Shown: one piece after another, positions 19,970-29,290 of the stretch | Position numbering within the stretch: the first letter of the stretch is position 1 | Layout: every line of letters begins with the position of its first letter | Assembly: GCA_964454175.1 (NCBI GenBank) | Contig: CAYVSA010000006.1 | Span: 1 to 49,568, forward strand | DNA: 49,568 nucleotides | Direction of reading: 5' to 3' | Source: an uncultured Pseudomonadota bacterium | GTDB lineage: Bacteria; BMS3Abin14 | The notes under the pieces: model-generated | The model's database searches: none | The model's input: the letters and a program-made list of their open reading frames with translations, nothing else | Told to the model about the DNA's origin: nothing | Translations under genes and position numbers: made by a program

Positions 19970-20019
19970 TTTTTCTCCCTCCAGATGGCTCCGAGCCTGA
20001 TGGTCTCCGTAACCGCGGG

Positions 20020-20028
20020 ATTATAGCA
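20020..20028 (-). promoter_or_regulatory. putative extended -10 promoter (TGCTATAAT) for recA
   Basis: perfect TGnTATAAT on the minus strand ~50 bp upstream of the recA ATG; no good -35. Confidence 0.55.
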
Positions 20029-20210
20029 AAACCCGTTCCAGAATACCATGTCAGCAGGAAATAATTGTTATTTGCCCTACCATAAATAACATTACTGACA
20101 AGCCTAGGGGTAATTATTTTGCCTTCTGGACCCATTGGCCTGAAAGTGCAATAAAAAAGCAGTTGATTCCATTTTCAGACTTATCCCGTTCCCCAGGCTG
20201 CAAAAAGGGC

Positions 20211-20771
20211 TCAACGCCCCAGGCTGAAGCTTCTGACGACCTCATACTGCGCACCGCCCGGCCCGAGATAGCTGCGGTAAACAGAGAAGTTCTCAACAGC
20301 CTGACTGCCCCAATGCACATCTCTGAGCTGTGTCAGAGTCTCTTCAAGCCTCCCCAGATTGATGTTGCCCTTGACCCGTCCCAGAGTCACATGCGGAGTG
20401 AATTTCCTCTTCTCTTTTTCCCACCCCAGCGAAGAAACAGCCTCATCAACCAGCTTCCACAACCGGGGAAGACTTCTCGAAGGCTCATCCACACCCACCC
20501 AGACCACCCGGGGCCTTGCCGGATGGGGAAAAGCACCTGATCCTTCCACAGTGATCTCAAAGGGAGATACTCTCTTTGAGATATTCTCCATGGACAGGCA
20601 GAGTTCATCAAGCTTCTTCATTGAGGTCTCACCAAGGAATTTGAGGGTCAGGTGAAGCCCATCATGCTTGACCCACCTTACCGGGGCCCTAGCTGCCCTC
20701 AGACTTTCGATCGCGCCCTCAAGGGATCTTTTTATAGACTCGTCTATGGATATTGCCACAAACAGCCTCAT
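20211..20771 (-). CDS. thpR: RNA 2',3'-cyclic phosphodiesterase (2H family)
   Basis: MRLFVAI start; two HxT motifs (HLTLKFLG, PHVTLGR). Confidence 0.92.
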   Translation of the reverse strand: MRLFVAISIDESIKRSLEGAIESLRAARAPVRWVKHDGLHLTLKFLGETSMKKLDELCLSMENISKRVSPFEITVEGSGAFPHPARPRVVWVGVDEPSRSLPRLWKLVDEAVSSLGWEKEKRKFTPHVTLGRVKGNINLGRLEETLTQLRDVHWGSQAVENFSVYRSYLGPGGAQYEVVRSFSLGR

Positions 20772-21253
20772 TATTGTTCATCCAGTGCAGCATGACTGAG
20801 AAGTTCCAGGGCGGCGTCAACGGCCCTTTTCCTGATCATCTCCCTTCCCCCGGCGAAGCTGTATTCTCTCGCAACAGTGAAGGTCGGTGAGATCACGGCT
20901 ATATGAACCATCCCCGGGTGTTTTGCCTCAGAGCCTGCAGGGCCGGCAACACCAGTGACAGCGATCCCCACATCCGCACCTGTCAGACCCCGGACTCCCT
21001 CGGCCATTTTAAGGGCCACTTCGCTGCTCACTGCGCCGTATTTCCCCAGGAGATCAGGGGGAACTCCCAGCACGCCGGTTTTGATCTTGTTGGAATAGGC
21101 GATCACACCTCCCAGAAAATACTCGGAACTGCCAGGCACAGTGGTGATATTCCCCCCCGCCAGTCCGCCGGTGCAGGACTCGGCAACCGCCAGCGTCCAG
21201 CCCCTTTCCATGCAGAGTGATCTAACCTTCAACGCCAGTCCGGACACGGTCAT
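20771..21253 (-). CDS. cinA: CinA/PncC nicotinamide-mononucleotide deamidase (stand-alone C-terminal CinA domain)
   Basis: AVAESCTGG, PGSS.YF.GG, GAVS..VA..MA.G, TGVAGP motifs; 160 aa without the N-terminal MoCF domain. Confidence 0.9.
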   Translation of the reverse strand: MTVSGLALKVRSLCMERGWTLAVAESCTGGLAGGNITTVPGSSEYFLGGVIAYSNKIKTGVLGVPPDLLGKYGAVSSEVALKMAEGVRGLTGADVGIAVTGVAGPAGSEAKHPGMVHIAVISPTFTVAREYSFAGGREMIRKRAVDAALELLSHAALDEQ

Positions 21254-21257
21254 GAGA

Positions 21258-21713
21258 CTAGAGGAAAAACCGTTCTACAACCCTCAGCAGGAGCCACGAA
21301 TAGACACCTGCCAGGAGGTCGTCAGCTATAATGCCAAACCCTGACGACAGGATCTTTTCAGCGTTTCTTACGGGGGGAGGTTTAAAAATATCGAAAAAGC
21401 GGAAGATAAAAAAACCCGCCGCTATGTGGGATATCTCGGCAGGGGAACCGGCCATTGCTAAAAGATATCCTGCTATTTCATCAATGACTACCTTTCCCGG
21501 GTCGGTCTCCCCGGTCAGATATTCCATCCGGGATGCAAGTGGGACACCGAGGACCGCCACTATGGCCGCAGCCGTCAGAACTGCCCATCCGCCCAACGGA
21601 GCGAGGTAATAAAACAGCGGCACCGCCACGAGGGTACCCACTGTTCCGGAAGCTACGGGTGAATATCCGGCACCGAATCCGGTTGCAAGAAGTCTTACAA
21701 AAAAATCTTTCAT
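21258..21713 (-). CDS. pgpA: phosphatidylglycerophosphatase A
   Basis: GYSPVASGTVGT, DPGKVVIDEIAG, FRFFDIFKP, GIIADDLLAG; ATG 21713 chosen. Confidence 0.93.
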   Translation of the reverse strand: MKDFFVRLLATGFGAGYSPVASGTVGTLVAVPLFYYLAPLGGWAVLTAAAIVAVLGVPLASRMEYLTGETDPGKVVIDEIAGYLLAMAGSPAEISHIAAGFFIFRFFDIFKPPPVRNAEKILSSGFGIIADDLLAGVYSWLLLRVVERFFL

Positions 21714-21821
21714 TAATGGAATCCCGAATCCCTTGAACAAGGTGCTGCAACAAAAACGTTTTGATGAAAAATTACTGAAGCGATCGCTTCGGGCCCTTCA
21801 CCGGTTATTTCAGGCACACGG

Positions 21822-22247
21822 TCAATGAAGACCCTCTACAACATGCGTCCCGGCAATCCTGTCTCCCAGCCTCTCACCTCTTTCATCAGTGGCCATCAGC
21901 CAGATCTCGATGGCTATTACAGGCAGGCCGACTATTATGAGCAGTATCCACCCAAGGAGCGGGATGGAAACGCATAGAAATGTAAAGACAAAGGGAAGGT
22001 TGCGGTAGAAGGATGATCTCAGATCGCAAGCTCCCCCATCCGAACCCACAACTTCGAGCCCAAGGACCATTTTACCGAGACTCTGGCCCCTCTGGAACCC
22101 GTCGGCCAACCCCAGGTAAACAAGTCCCAGTATTATTCCGAGTGGAGGCAGGAAAAGTGACAGAACCCAGGCCACCAGGATATCGACAAGTTTTGCTATC
22201 AGACGTTTACTTAAACCGGCTTTTTCAAAAGAGCTTTCATCTGGCAT
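21822..22247 (-). CDS. RDD family membrane protein
   Basis: KRLIAKLVD, GQSLGK..LGL.VV, RLGDRIAGTHVV motifs. Confidence 0.88.
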   Translation of the reverse strand: MPDESSFEKAGLSKRLIAKLVDILVAWVLSLFLPPLGIILGLVYLGLADGFQRGQSLGKMVLGLEVVGSDGGACDLRSSFYRNLPFVFTFLCVSIPLLGWILLIIVGLPVIAIEIWLMATDERGERLGDRIAGTHVVEGLH

Positions 22248-22328
22248 TTCAATCCCCCTGCTATCATTTGATCTTCTACCGGCCTTCCTGAGATATTACT
22301 GCGGCTTCAGATCATCCACTTTCAGCTT

Positions 22329-22538
22329 TTACTTCCCGGGCTTTTTGGATCGCTTTTTCGCTGTGTCTTCTCCCTTTATGAAAAATACAAACGCCATGGC
22401 CGGTCGTCTGCTTGCTTCGCTCATGGCAAACTTGATGCTCTCGAGGGTCCACCCCTGAGCAACGCCTTTATTCACAATGGACTCCAGTTCCTCGGAGGTC
22501 ACCAGCTGTGTTTCTACGATCTTGTACTCCAGGCTCAA
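22329..22538 (-). CDS. small DUF4177-like protein
   Basis: EYKIVE...LE.IVN.....GW.L pattern; TTG start overlaps the gpsA stop. Confidence 0.7.
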   Translation of the reverse strand: MSLEYKIVETQLVTSEELESIVNKGVAQGWTLESIKFAMSEASRRPAMAFVFFIKGEDTAKKRSKKPGK

Positions 22539-23551
22539 ACACCCTCCTCCTTAAGAGACCGCCCCATAAGCTCCTTGAGCGCTTTTCTGGGATCCTTACC
22601 CTTATACAGAACCGAGTAGACCTGTTGTGTTATGGGCATGTCCACCTTTTCGCGTCTGGCCAGACCCCACGCAGACCGGGTGGTTCTGACACCTTCTGCG
22701 ACCATGGGAGAAGAACCGGTTACCTCTTCGAGGGTCCTGCCCGCTCCCAGCTTCAGGCCAAGGGTCCGGTTTCTCGACAGATCTCCTGTGCAGGTTAGAA
22801 CAAGGTCACCCAGACCTGCCAGCCCCTGAAACGTGATAGGGTCCGCACCAAGTGCGGTGCCTAGACGCGCCATTTCAGCAAGGCCCCTTGTTATAAGAGC
22901 CGCCCTGGCATTATGCCCCAGTTTGAGTCCGTCACAAATTCCCACAGCAATTGCCATTACGTTTTTCAGCGATCCCGAGATCTCCACTCCCGTTGTGTCG
23001 GCATTGGTGTACAATCTGAAATTGTCGGAGTTAAGTATTCGCTGAACGCCGGCTGCAACATTGACATTCTCGCTGGCGATCACCGCGGCAGCGGGAAGGC
23101 CAGCTCCAACCTCCCTGGCAAAAGTGGGTCCTGAAAGGGTGACTCTCCTTGAAAGGATACCTTCGCCGATGGTCTGGGCAAGGACTCCCGAGGAAGTAAG
23201 AAAAGTCTCCTCCTCGATGCCCTTGGTCGCATTCACAACGATAGAATCCACCGGAAGCCACTTGTGAGCCTCACCCCACACGCGCCTTATCACATGGGAT
23301 GGGACCACCGAAAGCACCAGCTCAGCTCCAGCCAGGCACTGCTCATAACTGGTTGTCGGCTGTATGTTAACAGGCAGCTGGATACCGGGAAGGTATAGAT
23401 CGTTTTCCCTGGTTTCCAACATGCCATGGCAAAGTTCCTCTTCGTAAACCCACATGGTCACAGGGAGCCCGAGACCTGCACAGTGGATCGCAAGGGCGGT
23501 TCCCCAGCTTCCAGCGCCGACAACAGCAATTCTCGATAAATTTACTTCCAT
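22535..23551 (-). CDS. gpsA: NAD(P)H-dependent glycerol-3-phosphate dehydrogenase
   Basis: GAGSWGTALA, TKGIE, SGPTFAREV, LKNVMAIA.G, GLGDLVLTC...SRN, VAEGV. Confidence 0.97.
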   Translation of the reverse strand: MEVNLSRIAVVGAGSWGTALAIHCAGLGLPVTMWVYEEELCHGMLETRENDLYLPGIQLPVNIQPTTSYEQCLAGAELVLSVVPSHVIRRVWGEAHKWLPVDSIVVNATKGIEEETFLTSSGVLAQTIGEGILSRRVTLSGPTFAREVGAGLPAAAVIASENVNVAAGVQRILNSDNFRLYTNADTTGVEISGSLKNVMAIAVGICDGLKLGHNARAALITRGLAEMARLGTALGADPITFQGLAGLGDLVLTCTGDLSRNRTLGLKLGAGRTLEEVTGSSPMVAEGVRTTRSAWGLARREKVDMPITQQVYSVLYKGKDPRKALKELMGRSLKEEGV

Positions 23552-23566
23552 GGATATCCCGACCTG

Positions 23567-24601
23567 CTAACCGAAAAATATTCCGGCGATAGCGTACAGT
23601 TCGTCATCAACCGTCTTCAGCTTATCCACCGCCTCTGCAAGTGTAACCGTATCGATCCTGCCGTTCACGAGAGCGGCCATCATACCGAAGTCGCCCTTGT
23701 GGACAAGATCGTGGGCCTTGACGCCGAACCTCGTTGCCAGTATGCGGTCACGGGCAGTGGGAGACCCACCCCTCTGAACATGCCCCAGGACGGTCACCCT
23801 CGTTTCAAAACCGGTCCTTGTCTCAACCTCATCGGCCAGGAAATGCGCTATGCCCCCGAGGCGCACATGGCCGAAGGCGTCCACTTCATCACTCTGAGTG
23901 GTATGACCGTCACCGTCCTCAGCTGCCATCCTTGCACCTTCTGCTACGACAACAATGGAGAAGTTCTTGCCCCTGGAGTGCCGCTTGGTGATCACGTCCG
24001 CGACTTCGTCAAGGTTAAAAGGTTTTTCGGGTATGAGGATGAGATCTGCGCCCCCTGCCAGACCGCTGTGTACCGCAATCCATCCGGCATGGCGCCCCAT
24101 GACTTCCAGCACCATAACCCTGTCGTGGGATTCTGCCGTGGTATGGAGGCGGTCGATGGCTTCAGTAGCGATGGTCACCGCAGTGTCGAAACCAAATGTA
24201 TAATCTGTACCGGAAAGATCATTGTCGATGGTCTTGGGGACTCCAACGATCGGAAGACCCATTTCGTGGAGTTTGAGGGCAACCCCCAGGGTATCCTCCC
24301 CGCCTACAGCAATCAGAGCATCCAGACCCAGATAGCCGAAGGTTTTTTTTACCTTCTCAGCGCCACCCTCCTCGGAAAAGGGGTTGGTCCTGGAGGTGTG
24401 AAGGATCGTCCCGCCTTTGTGGATCAGGCCGGTCACTGCCCGAAGAGTAAGCTCCTCGTGCTCACCTGTCATCATCCCGCGCCATCCATGGAGGATTCCC
24501 ACTATGGCGTCACCTTCCTGAATTCCCTTTCTCGTAACCGCCCGGATGACAGCATTCAGTCCAGGACAATCGCCGCCGCCGGTAAGGATCCCTACTCTCA
24601 T
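23567..24601 (-). CDS. pfkA: 6-phosphofructokinase (PfkA family, group III-like)
   Basis: TGGGDCPGLNAVIR, GGEDT, PKTIDND, EVMGRHAGW, LGHVQRGG. Confidence 0.95.
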   Translation of the reverse strand: MRVGILTGGGDCPGLNAVIRAVTRKGIQEGDAIVGILHGWRGMMTGEHEELTLRAVTGLIHKGGTILHTSRTNPFSEEGGAEKVKKTFGYLGLDALIAVGGEDTLGVALKLHEMGLPIVGVPKTIDNDLSGTDYTFGFDTAVTIATEAIDRLHTTAESHDRVMVLEVMGRHAGWIAVHSGLAGGADLILIPEKPFNLDEVADVITKRHSRGKNFSIVVVAEGARMAAEDGDGHTTQSDEVDAFGHVRLGGIAHFLADEVETRTGFETRVTVLGHVQRGGSPTARDRILATRFGVKAHDLVHKGDFGMMAALVNGRIDTVTLAEAVDKLKTVDDELYAIAGIFFG

Positions 24602-24638
24602 CTTACACTCCTTTGGATATATAGCTTATCTGTTGAAA

Positions 24639-24666
24639 ATTATCAGAACCCATCTACCCGTGTCAA
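24639..24666 (-). promoter_or_regulatory. putative sigma-70 promoter for the pfk-gpsA genes
   Basis: TTGACA-N16-GATAAT on the minus strand, 38 bp upstream of the pfk ATG. Confidence 0.55.
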
Positions 24667-24784
24667 ACAAGAGTACTTCAATTTCCCTGTAAAATATGGT
24701 TTTTGTTGGACTATCCACCACCTGATGATTAATATGTCATTTTGCGGAGCATGGTGGACCGGGCCAGCCAAAAAAGGGAGCCAC

Positions 24785-25636
24785 ATGACTAACCACGGCA
24801 GGCTATACATCGTTTCTACTCCCATAGGGAACCTCCAGGACATATCCGCCAGAGCCAGGCAGATCCTCAGTACGGTTTCCGTTGTGGCTGCAGAAGACAC
24901 CCGGCGGACCAGAAAGCTCCTGTCTGCGCTGGGGATCGGCAAACAGCTGATCAGCTACAGGGGCCAGGTCCGGGAAAAGGCTTCCGGCAGGATCATTGAG
25001 GAAATGGAGGCGGGTAATGACGTTGCCCTGGTAACGGATGCAGGGACGCCCGGTATCTCCGATCCGGGATACTTTCTTGTCAGGGAAGCATCAAAAAGGG
25101 GTATCAGCGTCATTCCAGTACCCGGGCCAAGCGCCCTGGCAGCGGCCATAAGCGCCTCGGGCATGGCGTTCGACCGATTTATCTTTGCAGGCTTTCTTCC
25201 CACTCGCTCACCGGCCAGGAGCAAACGCCTTGAGGAAATGGCTTTAACGGGCTACCCGCTCGCCCTTTACGAATCCCCCAAAAGAATAATAGGCACCCTG
25301 GTGGATATTGTCTCAACGATGGGTGATCGAACAGTAGTCCTGGGAAGGGAGATAACAAAGGTTCACGAGGAGTTCCTGAGAGGAACAGCCAGCGAGGTAC
25401 TCACAGCTCTCGATGACAGGGAAGTTAAGGGGGAGATCACCCTTCTTGTAGAGGGGGGAACGGTGAAATGCGCTCCGCCCGAACTCGGCAGGGCGGTAGT
25501 TGAAATGCGGATGGCGGGGCTGTCCGCATCCAGAACAGCTTCAATACTCTCGGCAGTCACTGGTGAACCGAAACGGAAGATATACCAACTGGCCATAAAC
25601 AGCAAAAGCAGCAAAGGAGACGATGACAATGGATGA
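24785..25636 (+). CDS. rsmI: 16S rRNA (cytidine1402-2'-O)-methyltransferase
   Basis: LYIVSTPIGNL.DI, AAEDTR, DAGTPGISDPG, PGPSA, YESP.R, REITK.HEE; ATG 24785 with GGGAG RBS. Confidence 0.95.
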   Translation: MTNHGRLYIVSTPIGNLQDISARARQILSTVSVVAAEDTRRTRKLLSALGIGKQLISYRGQVREKASGRIIEEMEAGNDVALVTDAGTPGISDPGYFLVREASKRGISVIPVPGPSALAAAISASGMAFDRFIFAGFLPTRSPARSKRLEEMALTGYPLALYESPKRIIGTLVDIVSTMGDRTVVLGREITKVHEEFLRGTASEVLTALDDREVKGEITLLVEGGTVKCAPPELGRAVVEMRMAGLSASRTASILSAVTGEPKRKIYQLAINSKSSKGDDDNG

Positions 25637-25808
25637 GAAACAGATCAAGGAACTCATTGAAGAGTATGTTGTGGATGGCGTCCTTTCGTGCGGTGACGCG
25701 CATAAAATTGCCGAGACCAAGGGCATCGCCCTGCCGCTCATCGGAAAAATATGCAATGAGGGTGACGTGAAGATAAAGATATCGAACTGTTTGCTGGGGT
25801 GTTTTTAG
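25629..25808 (+). CDS. small Cys-containing hypothetical protein (possible metal binding)
   Basis: AAGGAG RBS; LSC..A..IAE...IG.ICNE..KI..C.LGCF with 4 Cys; overlaps rsmI end; alternative ATG at 25623. Confidence 0.75.
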   Translation: MDEKQIKELIEEYVVDGVLSCGDAHKIAETKGIALPLIGKICNEGDVKIKISNCLLGCF

Positions 25809-25823
25809 GCGGCAGCCCATGGC

Positions 25824-26242
25824 TGCAGTTCCAGGTTCCATGTTCCATGTGATAAAGAAAACTTAACGAGGAAACAGTGGATAAACGCTTGAGAGAGGGT
25901 CTTCAAAGCAAAATAAGGCTCACAAGAAGGGGGTAGATACGCGACGCGACCACCGGCATTTCTTTCTCGGTATAATCGACTCATATTTCGTAAAGGCGGC
26001 CAAGAACAGGTGAGATACAAGGCCGTGGCAACCTGAGGGTTGCAGTTCCATGTTCCATGTTCCATGTGATAAAGAAAACTTAACGAGGAAACAGTGGATA
26101 AACGCTTGAGAGAGGGTCTTCAAAGCAAAATAAGGCTCACAAGAAGGGGGTAGATACGCGACGCGACCACCGGCATTTCTTTCTCGGTATAATCGACTCA
26201 TATTTCGTAAAGGCGGCCAAGAACAGGTGAGATACAAGGCCG
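25824..26242. repeat. tandem direct duplication: two 202-bp copies (25824-26025 and 26041-26242), period 217 bp
   Basis: base-by-base comparison shows one mismatch (25834 G vs 26051 T); 15-bp spacer; each copy starts with GTTCCAN heptamers. Confidence 0.95.
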
Positions 26243-26331
26243 CAGGGAGGAGGAAACCGGAGGCGTATAGGTAATACTCCGAGGGTTTCCGACGACTGAG
26301 AACACAGTAGATTGCCTGTTATTGGCCGCCT
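26211..26331. mobile_element. 121-bp palindromic MITE/REP-like element
   Basis: perfect 10-bp terminal inverted repeats AGGCGGCCAA/TTGGCCGCCT, extended by AACAGG/CCTGTT; inner hairpin GGAAACC...GGTTTCC; no coding capacity. Confidence 0.6.
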
Positions 26332-27418
26332 AGCCACGTCTTCGGCGAAATCCGGCGATGACCCCACACCCAAAAAAAGTCGAAACCAGCGACGACCCCC
26401 CATAACTCAAAAGTGGAAGGGGCAGTCCCACCACGGGCAGGATCCCGACGGTCATTGAAATATTAATGACAGTCTGAAGGGCGAAGGCACAGGAAATACC
26501 TACAACAGTGAGAAGGGCAAACTTTGATTTTTCCTGATCGAAATAGCTCAGGAGCCAGAGGGTCAAAAAAAGCATTATCGCCAGCACCACGACAACACCG
26601 ACGAACCCGAACTCCTCTCCGATAACGGAAAAAATAAAATCCGTGTGCTGCTCGGGAATAAACCTCAGCTGGGATTGAGTCCCGTGAAACAAACCCTTGC
26701 CCAGCAGGCCTCCTGATCCGATGGCTATCTTGGATTGGACGACGTGGTAGCCAGTGCCCAGGGGGTCTCTTCCTGGATCCAGGAAGCTTAATATACGCTC
26801 TTTCTGATAATCTTTTATCGACAGGAAGAAAAAGGGGGTGCTCGCGGCAGCCGTGCCGACAATAAAAACTGCTGTCCACAGTTTGATCCCAACCATCAGG
26901 AAGACGGGGATCGCGAGGATCACCATAAACAGTGCAGTACCGAGGTCGGGCTGAATGGCAACGGGAACGACGTAGGCTGCCACCATGAGAATGGGAATGG
27001 CAATATCCTCAAGACCGTAGGGGGGAGGTTTTTTTCTGTTGTTGAAATACCGTGCAAGGGCAAGGATAAGGGCCACCTTCCCTATCTCGGAGGGCTGGAA
27101 CGATATACCTCCAAGGTGGAGCCACCTGTGGACCTGTCCGCTCACCATACCTGCGGCGGACAGCCCTGCCAGGATTACCAGAACAGCAAAATAGAAGGGG
27201 TACGCGCCCCTTCTCAAGGCTCTCCTGTCAAGGAAGAACCCAACGAAGAAAGCGGCCAGCGCCACGGCGAGCCAGTAGGTCTGCCGGTAAGGATTTGCTG
27301 AATAGGCACTCGTGCTGACGGTGGCTGACCTTATAGCCAGTATACCGATACCTGATAGCAGGAGCAGGGTTCCCAGCATAACGAAATCTATACCCCAGAA
27401 GGAGAACGTTCTTTTCAA
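26330..27418 (-). CDS. rodA: rod shape-determining protein RodA (SEDS family)
   Basis: RW...G..FQPSE..K, QPDLGT, GYH..QS.IAIGSGG, PEQHTDFIF...GEEFG, PLLSYGGSS. Confidence 0.96.
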   Translation of the reverse strand: MKRTFSFWGIDFVMLGTLLLLSGIGILAIRSATVSTSAYSANPYRQTYWLAVALAAFFVGFFLDRRALRRGAYPFYFAVLVILAGLSAAGMVSGQVHRWLHLGGISFQPSEIGKVALILALARYFNNRKKPPPYGLEDIAIPILMVAAYVVPVAIQPDLGTALFMVILAIPVFLMVGIKLWTAVFIVGTAAASTPFFFLSIKDYQKERILSFLDPGRDPLGTGYHVVQSKIAIGSGGLLGKGLFHGTQSQLRFIPEQHTDFIFSVIGEEFGFVGVVVVLAIMLFLTLWLLSYFDQEKSKFALLTVVGISCAFALQTVINISMTVGILPVVGLPLPLLSYGGSSLVSTFFGCGVIAGFRRRRG

Positions 27419-29289
27419 AGCTTCCCTCCTGCTGCACTTTCCGAAGCCGCACTTTGCTCGCCCATGATCTTCTTATACTTGCGAAGGAACTTTGCAACAA
27501 CTGGGCCGGCTGAGGAAGACCCGTGTCCGCCATGCTCAACAACCACCGCAATAGCGATTTCCGGATCATCGTAAGGCGCAAAGGCCGCGAACCAGGCATG
27601 GTCCCTCAGTTTCCATGGGATATCCTCCTCTTTTTTTCCCTGCCACTCATCCAGGCGTACGACCTGCGCTGTGCCTGTCTTGCCGGCTATCTTCATGCCC
27701 CTGGTTCTAACGCCACGACCGGTACCTTTGTCGTTTTCGACAACACCTACCAGCGCCTCAGTGATCCTGTTCCAGACCTCCTGTGACACTCCTGACCGCC
27801 TTTTTATCTCCAGGTTTTTTTCCTCCACAACCTGTCCGGAAACACTCTCTATCCTGCTTACCAGATGCGGCTCTATCACCAGGCCTCTTCTTGCGATCGT
27901 CGAATACAGCGAAACCATCTGGATGGGAGTTATCAGAACAAAACCCTGGCCAATGGCAGCAGAGAGGGTCTCACCCGGGAACCAGGGCTCTTTTTTGACC
28001 CTCTTTTTCCAACTGGCGTTGGGAATAAGGCCTTCCATCTCCCCCGGAAGGTCAATGCCGGTCTTCTGCCCAAGGCCCAGATCGAAAGCCCACATGGACA
28101 GCCCTTCTATCCCGGTCCTTTCGCCCGCCTGATAGAAATAGACATCGCATGATTCCACTATGCCTTTGAACAGGTTTACCTTGCCGTGGCCGCCTGCTTT
28201 CCAGTCCCTGTAGGTCCTGTGCCCGTACCGGTAGCTGCCCGGGCAGAATAGCTCCTCGTCAGGGTCAATGGATCCCTCCATAAGAGCGGCGGCAGCGGTC
28301 ACCACCTTGAAAGTGGACCCTGGCGGATATACTCCCTGGAGCGCCCTGTTCTGAAGCGGGTGCGAGGGTTCTTTCAGGATCTCCTGCCAGCGTTCACTGG
28401 ATAGTCTCATGGAAAATTCGTTGGGATCAAATCCCGGTTTGCTCAACATTGCAAGGACGCCCCCGGTCCTGACATCCATTACTACGGCAGCCCCCTGCTC
28501 TCCGGTGAAGGCTTCTTCCAGAGTTCTCTGCAGCCGAGTATCGACGCTCAGCACCAGGTTAAGTCCCGGCACCGGCTCATTAATGCCAAGTACATTTATT
28601 TCCCTGCCCCTGGCATTAACCTCAACCTGGCGGCCGCCGTCCTTGCCCCTGAGATAGTTGTCATAGATCTTTTCAAGGCCGAATTTGCCTACGATGTCCC
28701 CCATTCTGGCACCCCTGTAAAGCTGAGATGTCAACTGACCGCGGGAGATCTCTCCCACGTAGCCGAATGTGTGTGATCCCAGATCGCCAAAGGGGTAGTA
28801 CCTGCGGGGTATAACCTTCAGATTGATACCCGGAAAGTTGTCGTTTTCAGTCTCAAATATCGCAACCTCCCGTTTGGCAAGGTTGTCGGCTATCTTGACA
28901 GCACGATAGGGGCCAGTGTTCTTCCCCTCTGTAAACCTGGCAACAATTTCACCTGCGTCCCTTGAGAGGTAGCCCGCAAGACTAATCAGTTCGCTCTCCC
29001 AGTCCGAATCCATATCTTCGGGAATAGCTGCAATGGAGTAAGTCGGAGTGCTGTCGGCAAGTATGACGCCGTTCCTGTCCTTGATAATGCCCCTGGTGGC
29101 AGGCATTTCCACCAGCCTTATCCTGTTGTGGTCGGCCAGACTCTGAAATTTTTCGTGCTGGAGGATCTGTATCTGCCAGAAATAGACCAGGAGAAGGAAA
29201 AAACCGGCCGCAACAGCACCGATGAGAATGACGAGTTTTCGCTCGAGCCCCGGGAGAGGAATTCTTGCTTTAGGTAAAAGGGTGGTCAA
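27415..29289 (-). CDS. mrdA: penicillin-binding protein 2
   Basis: TM, RG.I.DRNG, YPPGSTFK (SxxK), SCD (SxD), KTGTAQ. Confidence 0.96.
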   Translation of the reverse strand: MTTLLPKARIPLPGLERKLVILIGAVAAGFFLLLVYFWQIQILQHEKFQSLADHNRIRLVEMPATRGIIKDRNGVILADSTPTYSIAAIPEDMDSDWESELISLAGYLSRDAGEIVARFTEGKNTGPYRAVKIADNLAKREVAIFETENDNFPGINLKVIPRRYYPFGDLGSHTFGYVGEISRGQLTSQLYRGARMGDIVGKFGLEKIYDNYLRGKDGGRQVEVNARGREINVLGINEPVPGLNLVLSVDTRLQRTLEEAFTGEQGAAVVMDVRTGGVLAMLSKPGFDPNEFSMRLSSERWQEILKEPSHPLQNRALQGVYPPGSTFKVVTAAAALMEGSIDPDEELFCPGSYRYGHRTYRDWKAGGHGKVNLFKGIVESCDVYFYQAGERTGIEGLSMWAFDLGLGQKTGIDLPGEMEGLIPNASWKKRVKKEPWFPGETLSAAIGQGFVLITPIQMVSLYSTIARRGLVIEPHLVSRIESVSGQVVEEKNLEIKRRSGVSQEVWNRITEALVGVVENDKGTGRGVRTRGMKIAGKTGTAQVVRLDEWQGKKEEDIPWKLRDHAWFAAFAPYDDPEIAIAVVVEHGGHGSSSAGPVVAKFLRKYKKIMGEQSAASESAAGGKL

Positions 29290-29290
29290 A

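Noticed and set aside
19970-20210. LexA/SOS box upstream of recA
   Set aside because: By eye, no match to CTGT-N8-ACAG, GAAC-N4-GTTC or GGTT-N2-C-N4-G-N3-ACC; a lineage-specific box cannot be excluded
21753-21790. Perfect palindromes AAAACGTTTT and GAAGCGATCGCTTC upstream of pgpA
   Set aside because: Could be operators, but I saw no second copy and they match no motif I know
23699-25636. 645-aa ORF suggesting an N-terminally extended RsmI fusion
   Set aside because: The extension is the antisense shadow of pfk plus intergenic DNA; RsmI motifs begin right after ATG 24785, which has its own GGGAG RBS
25824-26242. CRISPR array
   Set aside because: Only two copies of 202 bp with a 15-bp spacer; wrong geometry and no cas genes
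25805-26403. Three short minus-strand ORFs with identical peptide segments
   Set aside because: The identity comes from the 217-bp-period DNA duplication; no RBS or coding signal
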